From Ascoidea asiatica JCM 7603 (taxonomy: Eukaryota; Fungi; Ascomycota): a DNA stretch of 52,524 bases. The position numbers and the translations under genes are program-made. The first letter of the stretch is position 1. Each line of letters starts with the position of its first letter. The DNA is taken from assembly GCA_001600695.1 (NCBI GenBank), contig BCKQ01000012.1, positions 398,643 to 451,166 on the forward strand. The letters are read 5' to 3'. Positions 36,601 through 47,186 of the stretch are shown piece by piece. The notes beneath the pieces were generated by a model. The model was not told the DNA's origin. It did not search any database and saw nothing but the letters and a program-made list of their open reading frames with translations.

Positions 36601-36826
36601 CATTATCAGTATCATTGATATAATCTAATTGATCATTTTCAAATTCATCTTCAGTTACAGTTTCATCACCGGTATCATTGGCGTTTGAAGAATAATGATT
36701 ATCAGAATGATCAGAATTATTATCAAAATTATTATATATGTTATTCATATGATTATTTATGATATTATTATTAGCTAAAGGAATAGAATTTTTAGATTCT
36801 AAGAAATTTATTGATAAATTTTCCAT
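33626..36826 (-). CDS. Zn(II)2Cys6 transcription factor, Put3-like
   Basis: ACERCKKRKTKCSGDYPCRSCKLSNNSCVF followed by KKITVNEKYLSNL, which resembles the Put3 linker and coiled coil. Fungal_trans block RELWWSCYCMNR...SGRP. Confidence 0.88.
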   Translation of the reverse strand: MENLSINFLESKNSIPLANNNIINNHMNNIYNNFDNNSDHSDNHYSSNANDTGDETVTEDEFENDQLDYINDTDNDNDNDNDIDNITTNELQKDNIHNINNNINNNKSSLPPLTLFKVHQTNTNSNLLTNNNPLQFQSQIQSQSQQLQPNQNQIQIQNQNQNQNQIQQIQSNQQIPISNYNPSRVKKACERCKKRKTKCSGDYPCRSCKLSNNSCVFISNLKKITVNEKYLSNLKKKLNFLQFQLLLQSQSNSNSNSNLNSNSNSNTNSNQKIIENNQKKNINKNIKKKKKKLFTLDNDQSIKNNNNDSEKNIKNDLDSIKNKLISNLDLDDHSHSHSHSPTHIYNPTHGHPHNHNHFHSHNLSSASSFLLAPLHSSNSTTSPSSSSSSNTNNTLTTNNTNSTSPTYLSSLSLSSSSSSSCSSPNSNPDSIKQTNSIPFSSYTSSTYSSSLYSSPLITIDKSLFQNLSSKILLNYLDNFLTMSIVIDSSYFPIDKIQYKKQINIFFKNLLPFFYIYSNQNSNQFLKPNFQKDQSIFSNNDFLYLKNLIDNKFWYNKFCVLIALGKLFDNKFFLNNQSNNQSNNNDNENLNYISPINEVNKKNLPGLIYIQECISNLPVLYNTFFGTIEIIEVYLLISFYFKMAGEKEISLLYSNLAMNISISLQLHEESSVICNFTSDFDDYNNDKEINRIRELWWSCYCMNRNNAVKSGRPVFLNFRNIKTNYPVNSKSEINLNLFYKFIELNKLAEDVLNCIYLKKYTNGDNSIEHYDNNEIHKHTQDCFLEKISRFIKRFLHWKEDLSKDLKKIEDNDKIKIENQNLNDKNNEIKNNIEKNSNNNNNKDDNLDNYYDNENDNEFGNQTLSDKFISSMNLNYCRYIHLVTMPVLLHLTENRLKLSENQYKYGEKNLLYEAIKPLDDFTKLLIKLCSKSAHESIKLIKKILNKEFLCQFGTHFLEDILSSSIVFIMEILTLNFNKESLKEDFKTMNHNINGVKNCLSLLSKMIGLNNKLASLHFENIMKLVIDANNHFENIGLYVNKIKNNEKVLIKISIFETDENFNINEYNCV

Positions 36827-37159
36827 GATTAATTTAAAATCTGATTAAAAAATCTGATTTAAAATCTGATTTGAAATCTTATTTAAGAAATAAGAATGAA
36901 TATGAATATGATTTAATAGATAATTTTGATAATAAGTTTGAATTTGATAAATAAATATTTAAATGTATATATATCTATATCTCAATTACAATTAGAAATA
37001 TAAATGCAATTATAATTACAATTACAATTATAATTGTGATTATAATTATTATTATGCAATTATGGTTATAAAAGAAAAAATAATTAATATTATTTTGGTT
37101 TTATTGGGGAAAAGCAACTAGAAAAGCAAATGGAAAAGCAGCTGTAAAAGAATAAGTTT

Positions 37160-37690
37160 GTGACAGGTATTAAATGGAAATTAGAGTGTAAACTCTACTA
37201 AGGCTGGAAAGCTGAAGAATCTCGAAAAAGCTAAATAAGTCATGCATTTGGAGCGGGAGTCTGGCGTCGGAGCAGATGTGCCGACGAGCAGAATTTCCGA
37301 GTAAGGAAAAAAAGAAGAAAAGGGAAGCAAGGAGATGAGCTGCACGTGAAATAATCAGGTGACCTTAACGTAGGGTAGCCGTGCAACGGTGCCGCACGCG
37401 TGACTCAAAGATGTGACTTGCCACCCGTGACTCACCGCGCAGATGGGTGTCAATGTAAACCAGGGTTGTGGGTTTCTTGGTAAAAGGCCACACAAGCTGT
37501 GATTGGCTGATCTAGAGTTGGAGCAGCCACAGCCGGGATTTTTGAGAGTACAGCAGTTAGCAGGTGCAATGCTCATAGTACAGCTAAAATGGTCCTGGAC
37601 CCGTGACTTTTTCACTTCCGTTTTTGGGCTACTCCGAAGAGCTGAAACCTAAAAGCGATTAGAGTTTGCCCCACTGCACGGCTGACTTTG
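37160..37690. promoter_or_regulatory. GC-rich bidirectional regulatory island between the Zn2Cys6 gene and AOX
   Basis: CGTCGG-N10-CCGACG (37265-37286), CACGTG (37343), TGACTCA (37401, 37428), CCG-N7-CCG (37425-37437), six GTGAC and ATTGG (37502). Confidence 0.7.
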
Positions 37691-38205
37691 TCATTTTAAT
37701 ACTTAAAAAGAAAATATTACCAGTAACTTTATTCATTTTATATGGTTTTTGTATTATCGTATATGTATCTGGGATTAGAGAAGCCAGAGAATACTCTTTT
37801 ATTTTAACTCGTAAAAGGAGGAAAGGATATATATGACTTATAAAAATTTATTACCGAATATTTGAATCATATTCATCTAAATCAGATACTTTTTTAAAGA
37901 ATTATCAAAGAATTCAAAATCAATTCATAAATTGATTAATAAAATTTGAATGGAGGAAGTTTATTGGATAAACAATTTTTTTTTATATTGAATTTCTATT
38001 TAATTTCCGGTTCTTGATATTCTTGAAAGGATTTTATTATAATTGATTAAAAAAAATTGATTGATGACTTGATTTTATTAAAGAATTATTTGAATATAAA
38101 TAGAATGGAAATATTTAATGATTCTTGACTAATTTATTGATCTTCTTTTTTCATTTTTTATAGTAATTAGTTAGTTAAATAATCAACTTCTCTCTTATCA
38201 TTAAC

Positions 38206-39249
38206 ATGTTTTCAAAAATTATCTTAAATAATCCAATTGAATATTCAATCAAGTCATCAATTAAATATTCAATTAAGTTTAATAACTTTTCAGTTAAACG
38301 ATTCAGTTGTAATATAAATCAAACTTCTTTACTTTCAAAAGAAATTAAAAAATTTGATGATTCAAAAGAAAATTCACATATATTTTTGAACTCCAAAGAT
38401 GAAATTTTGACAAACCCAATGTTTGCACATCCTTTATATAAATTTGAAGAAATGGAAAAAATTAAATTTAACTATAGAAAACCAAAAAATTTTAAGGATA
38501 AATTAGCTAAAAATTTAGTTTCTTTGATGAAAACTTCTTTTGATTTTTTCACATTTTATCAAGATTCTAAAGTTAATTCAGCCATAGATTCAAAATCATA
38601 TAAAATGACTCCAGAAAAATGGTTAAATAGATTTATTTTTTTAGAAAGTATTGCTGGAATTCCAGGAATGGTAGCTGCTTTTTTAAGACATTTACATTCT
38701 TTAAGATTATTGAAAAGAGATAAAGCTTGGATTCAAACTTTATTAGATGAAGCTTATAATGAAAGAATGCATTTATTAACATTTATTAAATTAAAAAATT
38801 CTTCAATTTTTGTTAAATTTTTTTTATTTTTATCTCAAGGAATTTTTGTTAATTTATTTTTTATTTCTTATTTATTAAATCCAATAATTTGTCATAGATT
38901 TGTTGGTTATTTAGAAGATGAAGCAGTTTTAACATATTCAAAATGTATAAAAGATATTGATAATGGATTATTAAATGATTTTAAAAATTATAAAATTCCA
39001 GAAATTGCAAAAAATTATTGGAATTTAAATAATAATTCAACAATCAGAGATTTATTATTATATATTAGAGCTGATGAAGCAAAACATAGAGAAGTTAATC
39101 ATACTTTTGCAAATTTAAAAACTAATGGAGAAGATAGAAATCCATTTGCTTTAGAAATTAATTCAAATTCAAAACCTCAACCATGCCTTGATTTAAAAAA
39201 TCATAAACCTCAAGGCTGGGAAAGAAATGAAATTATTTCTCCAAACTAA
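38206..39249 (+). CDS. AOX: Mitochondrial alternative oxidase
   Basis: LESIAGIPGMV, EAYNERMHL, HRFVGYLEDEAV.TY and IRADEAKHREVNH di-iron motifs, plus a presequence. Confidence 0.98.
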   Translation: MFSKIILNNPIEYSIKSSIKYSIKFNNFSVKRFSCNINQTSLLSKEIKKFDDSKENSHIFLNSKDEILTNPMFAHPLYKFEEMEKIKFNYRKPKNFKDKLAKNLVSLMKTSFDFFTFYQDSKVNSAIDSKSYKMTPEKWLNRFIFLESIAGIPGMVAAFLRHLHSLRLLKRDKAWIQTLLDEAYNERMHLLTFIKLKNSSIFVKFFLFLSQGIFVNLFFISYLLNPIICHRFVGYLEDEAVLTYSKCIKDIDNGLLNDFKNYKIPEIAKNYWNLNNNSTIRDLLLYIRADEAKHREVNHTFANLKTNGEDRNPFALEINSNSKPQPCLDLKNHKPQGWERNEIISPN

Positions 39250-39997
39250 CTTTGTTCACCAATAAATAAATTTTATACAATCTAACTATATTCTCCATAT
39301 TCTTTATTATCCATATTCTCTAGAAATAACTTCTATTTTTATCAGCTCATAAATCACACAATTACAATTACAATTACAATTACTTTTATAATCATTCAAT
39401 CATTCAATAATTCAAATAAACATTCCATATTCTTTTACTATAAAATTCATAATCTCCGGTAAGACATTCCGGACTAGATGTCCGACCTGTAAATTACCCG
39501 ATTAATTTTCATTCCGAGGCCCTTGCTCTGTGGCTTCAACGGCCACCTGTGATTGGCTGGGCCGAGAACTGCTCTCGGAATGCCCAAAGGGAAATAAAAC
39601 AACGCGTAATGCTACCAGTTATCAAATGGAAATAAAACAATGAAAACAATGTGTAAATTGAATTCACTGTAATTTTATAGAACAAATAACCACATAACAA
39701 AATAATATAATATAATAAAAAATATAGATTATAAGACAAAATAAGATAACACAAGATAAGTGAATAGAATAGAATAATGGACTTTATTAATTATAAAAGA
39801 ACAAAGAATTCCATTGATTTAATTTAATCTAAAGTAGTCGTATATTCAATAAAATGCTTATTAGCTTTCCCTTATAGATTCCATAAAATTATTACTACTA
39901 TTTCATTTATCTATTATTATCTAAAAAGACAAAAAGAAGGAATCAATAATTATCATTTTATAATTTCTTTTATATTCAATATATATTAATTCAAATC

Positions 39998-40654
39998 ATG
40001 AATCTAGAATCAAAATCTTTAAATTCAAAAAATGATAAAAGTAACAAAAAGGATTCTATTTTCAATTCTTTGAATTTCAATGATGAAATTGATCAATTTT
40101 TAATAGATTATATTCCAAATTCAAGTAAGGATTATTATGGTCAACAAGATGATTGTTTTAATCAAAATGATAATACTGATGATGTTGATGATGATTTTTT
40201 TGATGAAGAATTCGAACAAATTAATTTAGAAAATTATTCTGATATATATTTTGATAATTATAATAATGAAAATATAAATGAAAATAATAGTATTAAGGAT
40301 GGTGATATATTCTATGATGCTGTTGAAAATATAATAAAATTCAATAATGAATTTCATTTTGATGAGATCTCGTTCAATAAAAATAATACAAAAAATATAA
40401 ACAATATAAATGATTCAAGCAATTTATTTAAGTTATTAAATTTACCTGAAATTAAAATTATCAATATTTCAAAAACCTATAAAAAAGATTATTACTTTAA
40501 TTTTAATAAAGGTCAAAAATTAAAAAATGAATTTCAAAATAAAAGAAATATTTTAATCAATAATGATAGAACTTTATTAAATTCCAAAAAAACTTTACAA
40601 AATTTAAATTCAAATCTAAATTTTTTAAAATCTTCAAAATTAACTAAAACTTAA
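39998..40654 (+). CDS. Uncharacterised acidic protein with an FFAT-like motif
   Basis: 218-aa ORF with host-like codon usage; acidic tracts with DDFFDEEF and DIFYDAVE. Confidence 0.6.
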   Translation: MNLESKSLNSKNDKSNKKDSIFNSLNFNDEIDQFLIDYIPNSSKDYYGQQDDCFNQNDNTDDVDDDFFDEEFEQINLENYSDIYFDNYNNENINENNSIKDGDIFYDAVENIIKFNNEFHFDEISFNKNNTKNINNINDSSNLFKLLNLPEIKIINISKTYKKDYYFNFNKGQKLKNEFQNKRNILINNDRTLLNSKKTLQNLNSNLNFLKSSKLTKT

Positions 40655-41772
40655 TGAAATATATTTAGCTATACAAAAATATACTCAGCGGTTAAGATTT
40701 CAAAAAAACTAATGCAAAGTTCTTTTAATGGGAAAATAGTCGAGAGTGATTACATTAATCATAAGATTCTACTCTATATGTTATATTGTAAGATTGTGAT
40801 GGTGATTGATGAAGTGGATTGATGATGTGGATATGAGAAATCATTGAAACTCAAGTTTAAAAATTGCTTAAAAGTATTGCTTTCTTTTTAATTATATATC
40901 TATTATAATGAATACCTTTATCATTTTTTAATTTAATCTTTTTATAATTGAGATCAATGAAATCAATGAAAATAAACAAAATCAATAAAAGTTATTCTAT
41001 AAAAACCGTCGTATAAACTTATAACTTCTTTTAATATGAAAATAGTGAAGAGTTTGAAACTGAGATTATATCACTATTAATAAATATTATAAAATTTAAC
41101 TCGTAGACAAATTACAATAGTTTATTTTTGAGACAAAATTTAATTAACAATTTATTTATCTCATTTTCAAAAATATCCCTCATATCCTTAGTTTAGGATT
41201 GAATATAAATTTTAGTTTGTTGAGTAAATAAATAAAACTTCTATTTTGTAATAATTATCCATCACCCACTTGGATATGATTTGTTTGGACACAATTAATT
41301 GGGGTTAAATTGTCTATAATAACGCTTTGAAAGTTATAAACAAATTAAGATATAATTATTTTAAATACAGAGAATTATAATCATCATGATCATCATCATA
41401 ATCATCATCATAATCATCACCTTTGTTTTATAGTATTTGGAATTCCCCTTTTAAATTTGTTTTACATATCAGTTTTTAAACTTTTAATTAAAACTTCCAG
41501 TTTAACCCAAACTAATTATAAAGATGTAAAAATAGTAAGCAAAAAAAAAAAAACAATCGATCTATCAGTTAAACAAAGGAAATTAAAATGTTATAGAAAA
41601 ATTGTTCAATGGTTATATAAACTAAATATAGTATCCTTATTAATTTTCATTACACTCTATTAAACAATATAAATAAATTATAATCAATTTTTAGAAAAAA
41701 AACAGCAATATCAATATCAAAAACTCTGAAAACTTCAATAACTTATTACAGTAAATATTTTCCATAAAAATA

Positions 41773-41949
41773 ATGTTCATTGATAATAATAATAAAAGTG
41801 TGAATAATAATTCCTTTTATGATAATTTACCAGAGATATCCAATGGAAAAAATTTACAATTTGAATATATTGTTAAAAAATTAATAAATATCAAAGAAAA
41901 TAAATTCAACATTCAAAACTCAAATTCAAACTCAAATTCAAACTCAAGC

Positions 41950-41989
<40 letters not shown>

Positions 41990-42102
41990 CTTATTCAATA
42001 AATCTGACAAATACTCAAAAAATTCAATACTCTCTGCCAAATAGACTGATACAACTGATTAAATCGCCTAACAATAATAATAATTTTGATAAGAATAAAT
42101 AA
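41773..42102 (+). CDS. Hypothetical Asn-rich small protein
   Basis: 109-aa ATG ORF with in-frame poly-Asn and NS repeats typical of genes here. No recognisable domain, and three CTG codons are atypical. Confidence 0.4.
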
Positions 42103-42556
42103 TCTCAAATTTGAATTGATTATTCATTTTTTTTTCCTAAAAGTAGTTAAAATTAACAGTCATCAATCAGATTTAAAAGAGAAACAGAAACCAGTTTGTG
42201 ATTTCCAATATCAAATATTAGTCTGAGAAGAATACTATGAACACGAAAAGCATTCCATGGCTTAAATACAGGACCTTTATTTTATAGTAAAATATATTTT
42301 GATAACTTTGCTAATTCAATAATTTATTTATCTTATACTTTAATATATTAAGTCTTTGATATATTAATATTTTGCTTTGCTTTTTATGAAACCCAGACAC
42401 GTGACCAATACTTTCTCCAGACTTTCCGTTCTCCAATATCAAATTTCAATGGCAAAGAAACAATTAAGTCAATTCATTACCAACCTGTAATCAGAATGAA
42501 TTCTAAATGAAATAAATAAATAAACAGATAACATTTAGAAGATTAGATATTATAAA

Positions 42557-42878
42557 ATGGCTGTTGATATTCCCTTGTATGTTTCATTATCAAACTCTCA
42601 CTTAATTGAGTCCATTAGAAGTGTATTGATAAACTAACAAAATTTCATTTAGTAATGTTATTGAAAAATTAGTTTTTTTCACAGCTGCTATGATATTATT
42701 TCCTATAACATCTTTTTTTGTATTAAGATTTTATTTTCCAGGAAATGATTTAATATCCGGTGGTACTGCTGCTTTAGTTGCAAATGTTGTTTTAATTTCA
42801 TATATTGTTGTTGCTTTTATGGAAGAAGTTCCATTAAATGAAAAACCAAATAATGAAGCAAGTAAAAAAATTGATTAA
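42557..42878 (+). CDS. VMA21: V-ATPase assembly factor Vma21; exons 42557-42576 and 42653-42878, 81 aa
   Basis: GTATGT donor at 42577, AACTAAC at 42632 and TAG acceptor at 42652. Spliced product [20 protein letters not shown]...[22 protein letters not shown] ends in the ER-retrieval signal KKID. Confidence 0.96.
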
Positions 42879-44166
42879 TATTTTTATCATTTTTTTGTTA
42901 TATAAGATAAGTATTTATAAGATATATATTTGTCATATATCTAATATATTATACTGAGCAGCAAAATAATCAAAAATATATTAAACCATTATTATTCTAA
43001 ACATCAAATAATAACGATTTTAGAAATGTAAGAAAATTTATTTTAATTACATTCCAAAATCAGATCATTTCATAGTTTTAGGATCTTTAGTCGTGTTACA
43101 TTTAATGAGTAAAGAAAATGAATTGAATAGAACAATATTTTTTTTTGATTTTAAAGTTCATTAATTTTCCATTTTTCTATAAAAAATTATTTTCTATAAT
43201 CTCAATTAACTATTTGACATTTCTCTGGTATCACCAAAACTACTATTAACTTACTAGTTATTTATAATTTTTCAATAAGTTCTTATAATCATTTATAAAT
43301 ATTATCTTCATTTCATAACACTCTTTATTAATCACTAACTGTAACAGTTAACGTTAAGGTTTTTGCAGTATCAGGTGACATTCCGTCACGTATTTTCTGC
43401 TCGACCGAGGCAATTTAAACTTAAAGGAATTTACATACAACAAAAATCTCATCTGTTCTATCATTTCTACAAATATTCGTTGAAAATATTCTCAAATTCA
43501 AATTCAATACAATATCTAAAATTATTAAGTATGATCTAGATAAAGAAAGAATCAGAAAAATTATTGAAATTGAAATTGAAATTTCAAAATCAATTGATAA
43601 TAGTAATTATAATCTGGCTATTATGTCTGGGTGTTAGGTTTATAAAATCAAATTCAAAATCTTATCCATACTAGTCAAGTCTTTATACCAATTGAACAAC
43701 AACAACATCAACTGCATATTTAAATTCAAATATAACTTCAATGTGCTAGATTTGGTGGTTTGGAAAATTTGCCAGCAATTTTAATTTTTAATTTAATTAA
43801 TATTTCAAATAAAATATCTCAATTTAAAAAATCATCATTCAAACTTAATTGATATTCAAAATAATAAGTTAGAAGAATAAGTACGATCGGGATAGGCAAA
43901 TTGTAATTTATTTTGATAATAACGAATCTAAAATTCAAAATAATACGACTGATTTTTTTGTTAATAATGAAAAAAATGAGTGCTTACATATTTCTTAAAG
44001 GTGATGTTCATGATAATAATGATAATAATGATAATTCTTTGATATTTATATTTTTATAGTAACAATAACGAAATACTTTCTTAAATAAAGAAATTAAAAA
44101 AATATGAAAGTATATAAATACTGTATATAAGAAAAAAAGGAAGATTCTTTTGCCAAAAAAATTAAA

Positions 44167-44913
44167 TCAGAGTAAAGCAAGTGCTCCAAAAACTAATAAA
44201 GATGCAAATCCTGTAGCGGCTAATTTTTCAGATCCGGCTTTAGATTCACTTTCAGATGAGGAAGCAGCTGAGGAAGCAGCTGAGGAAGAAGTTGAAGATG
44301 AAGAAACAGAGTCTTTTGTTGCAGAAGAAGTTGACTTGTCTGAAGAAACATTAGATGAAGAATCGTCAGATGAAGAGGCATCAGATGAACTTGCTTTCTT
44401 TACAGAGGAGGTTTCTGTTGAAGAACTTTCTTTGGAAGTGGAATCAATGCTTGTTGATAAAGTGCTACTTTTTGTAATTGATTTAGCTGATAAATCAGAA
44501 GTAGCTGTATATGAATAGGAATCAGTGGCATAATCTTCAGAATATGAAACACAAGCAGCATTTTCAAAATCAGTTGCACTATCATATGTACCTGGACTTG
44601 TACATTGTAAACAAGCATAAAAAGGATCCCAAAATGTATCATCTAAATCACAAATACAAGTAATATATGAATCGACATCATATGGTTGATTATCACCTAA
44701 ATTTGTACTAACACCACAATAATACTTTAATTGCTTACCAGAATTTGCACAAACAGTTAAACAATCATCTTTTTTGGAAAGTAAAACATTGTCATTTTCA
44801 TCAATATTTAAACTCATTTTCTTTATTAATGAAGGTAAATCTAAACCATTGATTGAAGAAATAAATAATATGGATGTTGACAATGAGAAAGTTATTAGCT
44901 GATTGAATTTCAT
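44167..44913 (-). CDS. GPI-anchored protein with an 8-Cys domain and Ser-rich stalk
   Basis: Signal peptide, C..C..C..CIC..FW..YACLQC..C, S/T-rich region, then AGS and a hydrophobic tail. Confidence 0.85.
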   Translation of the reverse strand: MKFNQLITFSLSTSILFISSINGLDLPSLIKKMSLNIDENDNVLLSKKDDCLTVCANSGKQLKYYCGVSTNLGDNQPYDVDSYITCICDLDDTFWDPFYACLQCTSPGTYDSATDFENAACVSYSEDYATDSYSYTATSDLSAKSITKSSTLSTSIDSTSKESSSTETSSVKKASSSDASSSDDSSSNVSSDKSTSSATKDSVSSSSTSSSAASSAASSSESESKAGSEKLAATGFASLLVFGALALL

Positions 44914-46385
44914 TTTCAGTTGATTTGAAATAAATTATTAGTTAAATTATTTTTGAATATTGAATATGATAATAATTTTTAAATTAATGAATTTATTTTT
45001 ATATATTAAAATTTTTAGAAATATTTTAAAGAATTTTAGGAAGATATTTTTTGTAATTTATATTAATTTTCTAGAAATATCGGTACAATTAACTTGCATG
45101 TTAGAAATAAGAATTAATGTTATACTATAGTTTATGAGATAGGAGAATGAACACAATTTGAATAAATCTAAACATTTTAACTATAATTTAGTAATTATTG
45201 CTTTATAACTTATAAGGTCTCAGTTCTATGTAAGCTTTACAATAATAATGACATATTTAGGCTTCAAATAGTAGATGATTTAACCATTTTTGTCAAATCA
45301 ACCAAAAAAATTGTACTTGAGAAATAAAGATAAATGATTCAAAAATTAAAATTTCGAGGCTATCAATATTGAGTTTCTTTCTCTTCCCTGAAAAAGAGAA
45401 ATTTACGAATGAGTCTATATGGAAACCTCATAATGAAGAAATACCATTGGCTGCAGTAATGAAAAAAATAAATTGAAAAAAAGAATTGAAAATAAATTTG
45501 AAAGAGATTGAAAGTGAAATTCAGGATTGCATAGAGCTTGCAAATTTCAGAAGGTGTAATAAATGTTTCATGGCTAATTTTATTACGGTTCTGTCGTAAA
45601 TTTCAGTGGCTTAGTAGGCTCACATCTAGATGCAGGAATTAGGCATTACTCCACGGATAATCCAAAATGCATACTGAGGACGGCTGAACGCTGAACCACT
45701 ACAACGGGTCAAAGCCTAATTATCGCTTAATATGCTTACTTCCCCCACAAAACTTCGCGGAAAGAATGATTATGTAATTCAATTATGTAATCTGAAAAGT
45801 TTTTCTGTTTCTCTAATAAACCTTAGATACAAAGACAGAAAAGATGAAAAGAAAAGGAATACAAAATTTGGTTAATGACTTAGCTAAAAATTTTCAAAGG
45901 ATAAAATAACCTCAAATACTTTTCATTTATAAAAGAATCAAGACAAAGACTGTGTGAAACAACAATATTGCTCTGTCCAGAAGGGTAAAAATGTTTTGTC
46001 ATCACTCAAGTTAACACTGGTCATATGTTTTGTTTTTTCTGATCAGAAACATTCCGCACAATGCTTAAAATCTCAAAGCTATTTTCTGCAAGATTGTCTC
46101 GTTTAGGTTGGTTTTTTAGGTTTTTTTTGCATATTAAATGTCTAAATTTAAGTCTAAATCGTAAATCTTAGTTACGCCTTGTAGCAATAAATGGAAAACC
46201 AAACAATTTCAAAAAAGCTGAAAGTGGAATAAATGGAAAACCAAAAGTAGACACAAATTGCTTTTTTGAAGAACCCGTGCCCTAAAGTCTCGACGAATGA
46301 ATTAGTTTGATTGTATAAAAAAAGAAGATAATTTTGAGTATAAAAGAGCATTGAATATATTAAAAAAAATTATTTGGCTAAACAA

Positions 46386-47186
46386 TCAAACTAAAAAAAT
46401 TGCTGTGAGGAGCAATATAAGAGAAATTAAATAAGAGTTGCCTTTGGTTGATTTTGCTATTCCTTCATAGCTACTTGTGTTAGATACTGTTGAGTTTATT
46501 CCAACCGAAATACTTAAGTTTGGACCATTAGTTTCTGAGGAAATTGTAAAGCTAGATGATTTATGACTACTTGAAAGATTTTGATAATTCATAGATGATA
46601 TAGTCAAAGAAGCACTAGCATTTAAAGTTGTACCAACAATATACGAATGAGAGATATAATCAGATGTATATTTAATGGAATTTAACACTTTTGTTGATAT
46701 TCTGGATGACACTATTCCACTGGAACTTGAACTAGTGTTTTTACTTTCAACAGTTTTTGATTGTGTTGAATCATCACTGGATCTTTTTATAGTTACATCG
46801 GATTTTGGAGTAGTAATTGTAACTCTGGAACAATCTGACTTGCTTCCATCACAAGTCTTATAAATAATGGTTGTTAATTCTATTGGGGTTGATGTTGCTG
46901 ATTCTTTCGAATTTTTATTATAACTGCTCTTAAGTAATGAAAGTGATTGACTAATAGTTTTTTTACTAGTTACATCCTTAACAAAAGTACACATTCTATC
47001 AGAATAATTTGGGCAATTACTTGTAATTGTTACTTCAGTTGAATATGTTTCAGTGGTTAAAATACAGGTTGTTGAAGTTTTTTCAACTGTTTTTGTATCA
47101 GTTTTACTAATTATTATTGTATCTCCATAAGCAATTTTAAATAAAATAAGGAATGTAAAAAAAAGATATGTTCTTATAACCTGCAT
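46386..47186 (-). CDS. Thr/Ser-rich GPI-type cell-wall protein with flocculin-type-3-like Cys pairs
   Basis: Signal peptide, VTITSNC..C and TTIIYKTC..C, then SYEGIA and a hydrophobic C-terminus. Confidence 0.8.
   Translation of the reverse strand: MQVIRTYLFFTFLILFKIAYGDTIIISKTDTKTVEKTSTTCILTTETYSTEVTITSNCPNYSDRMCTFVKDVTSKKTISQSLSLLKSSYNKNSKESATSTPIELTTIIYKTCDGSKSDCSRVTITTPKSDVTIKRSSDDSTQSKTVESKNTSSSSSGIVSSRISTKVLNSIKYTSDYISHSYIVGTTLNASASLTISSMNYQNLSSSHKSSSFTISSETNGPNLSISVGINSTVSNTSSYEGIAKSTKGNSYLISLILLLTAIFLV

Noticed and set aside
38911-38925. AOX LEDEA instead of LEEEA as an inactivating change
   Set aside because: Conservative change at the middle, non-iron-ligand position; the other motifs are intact.
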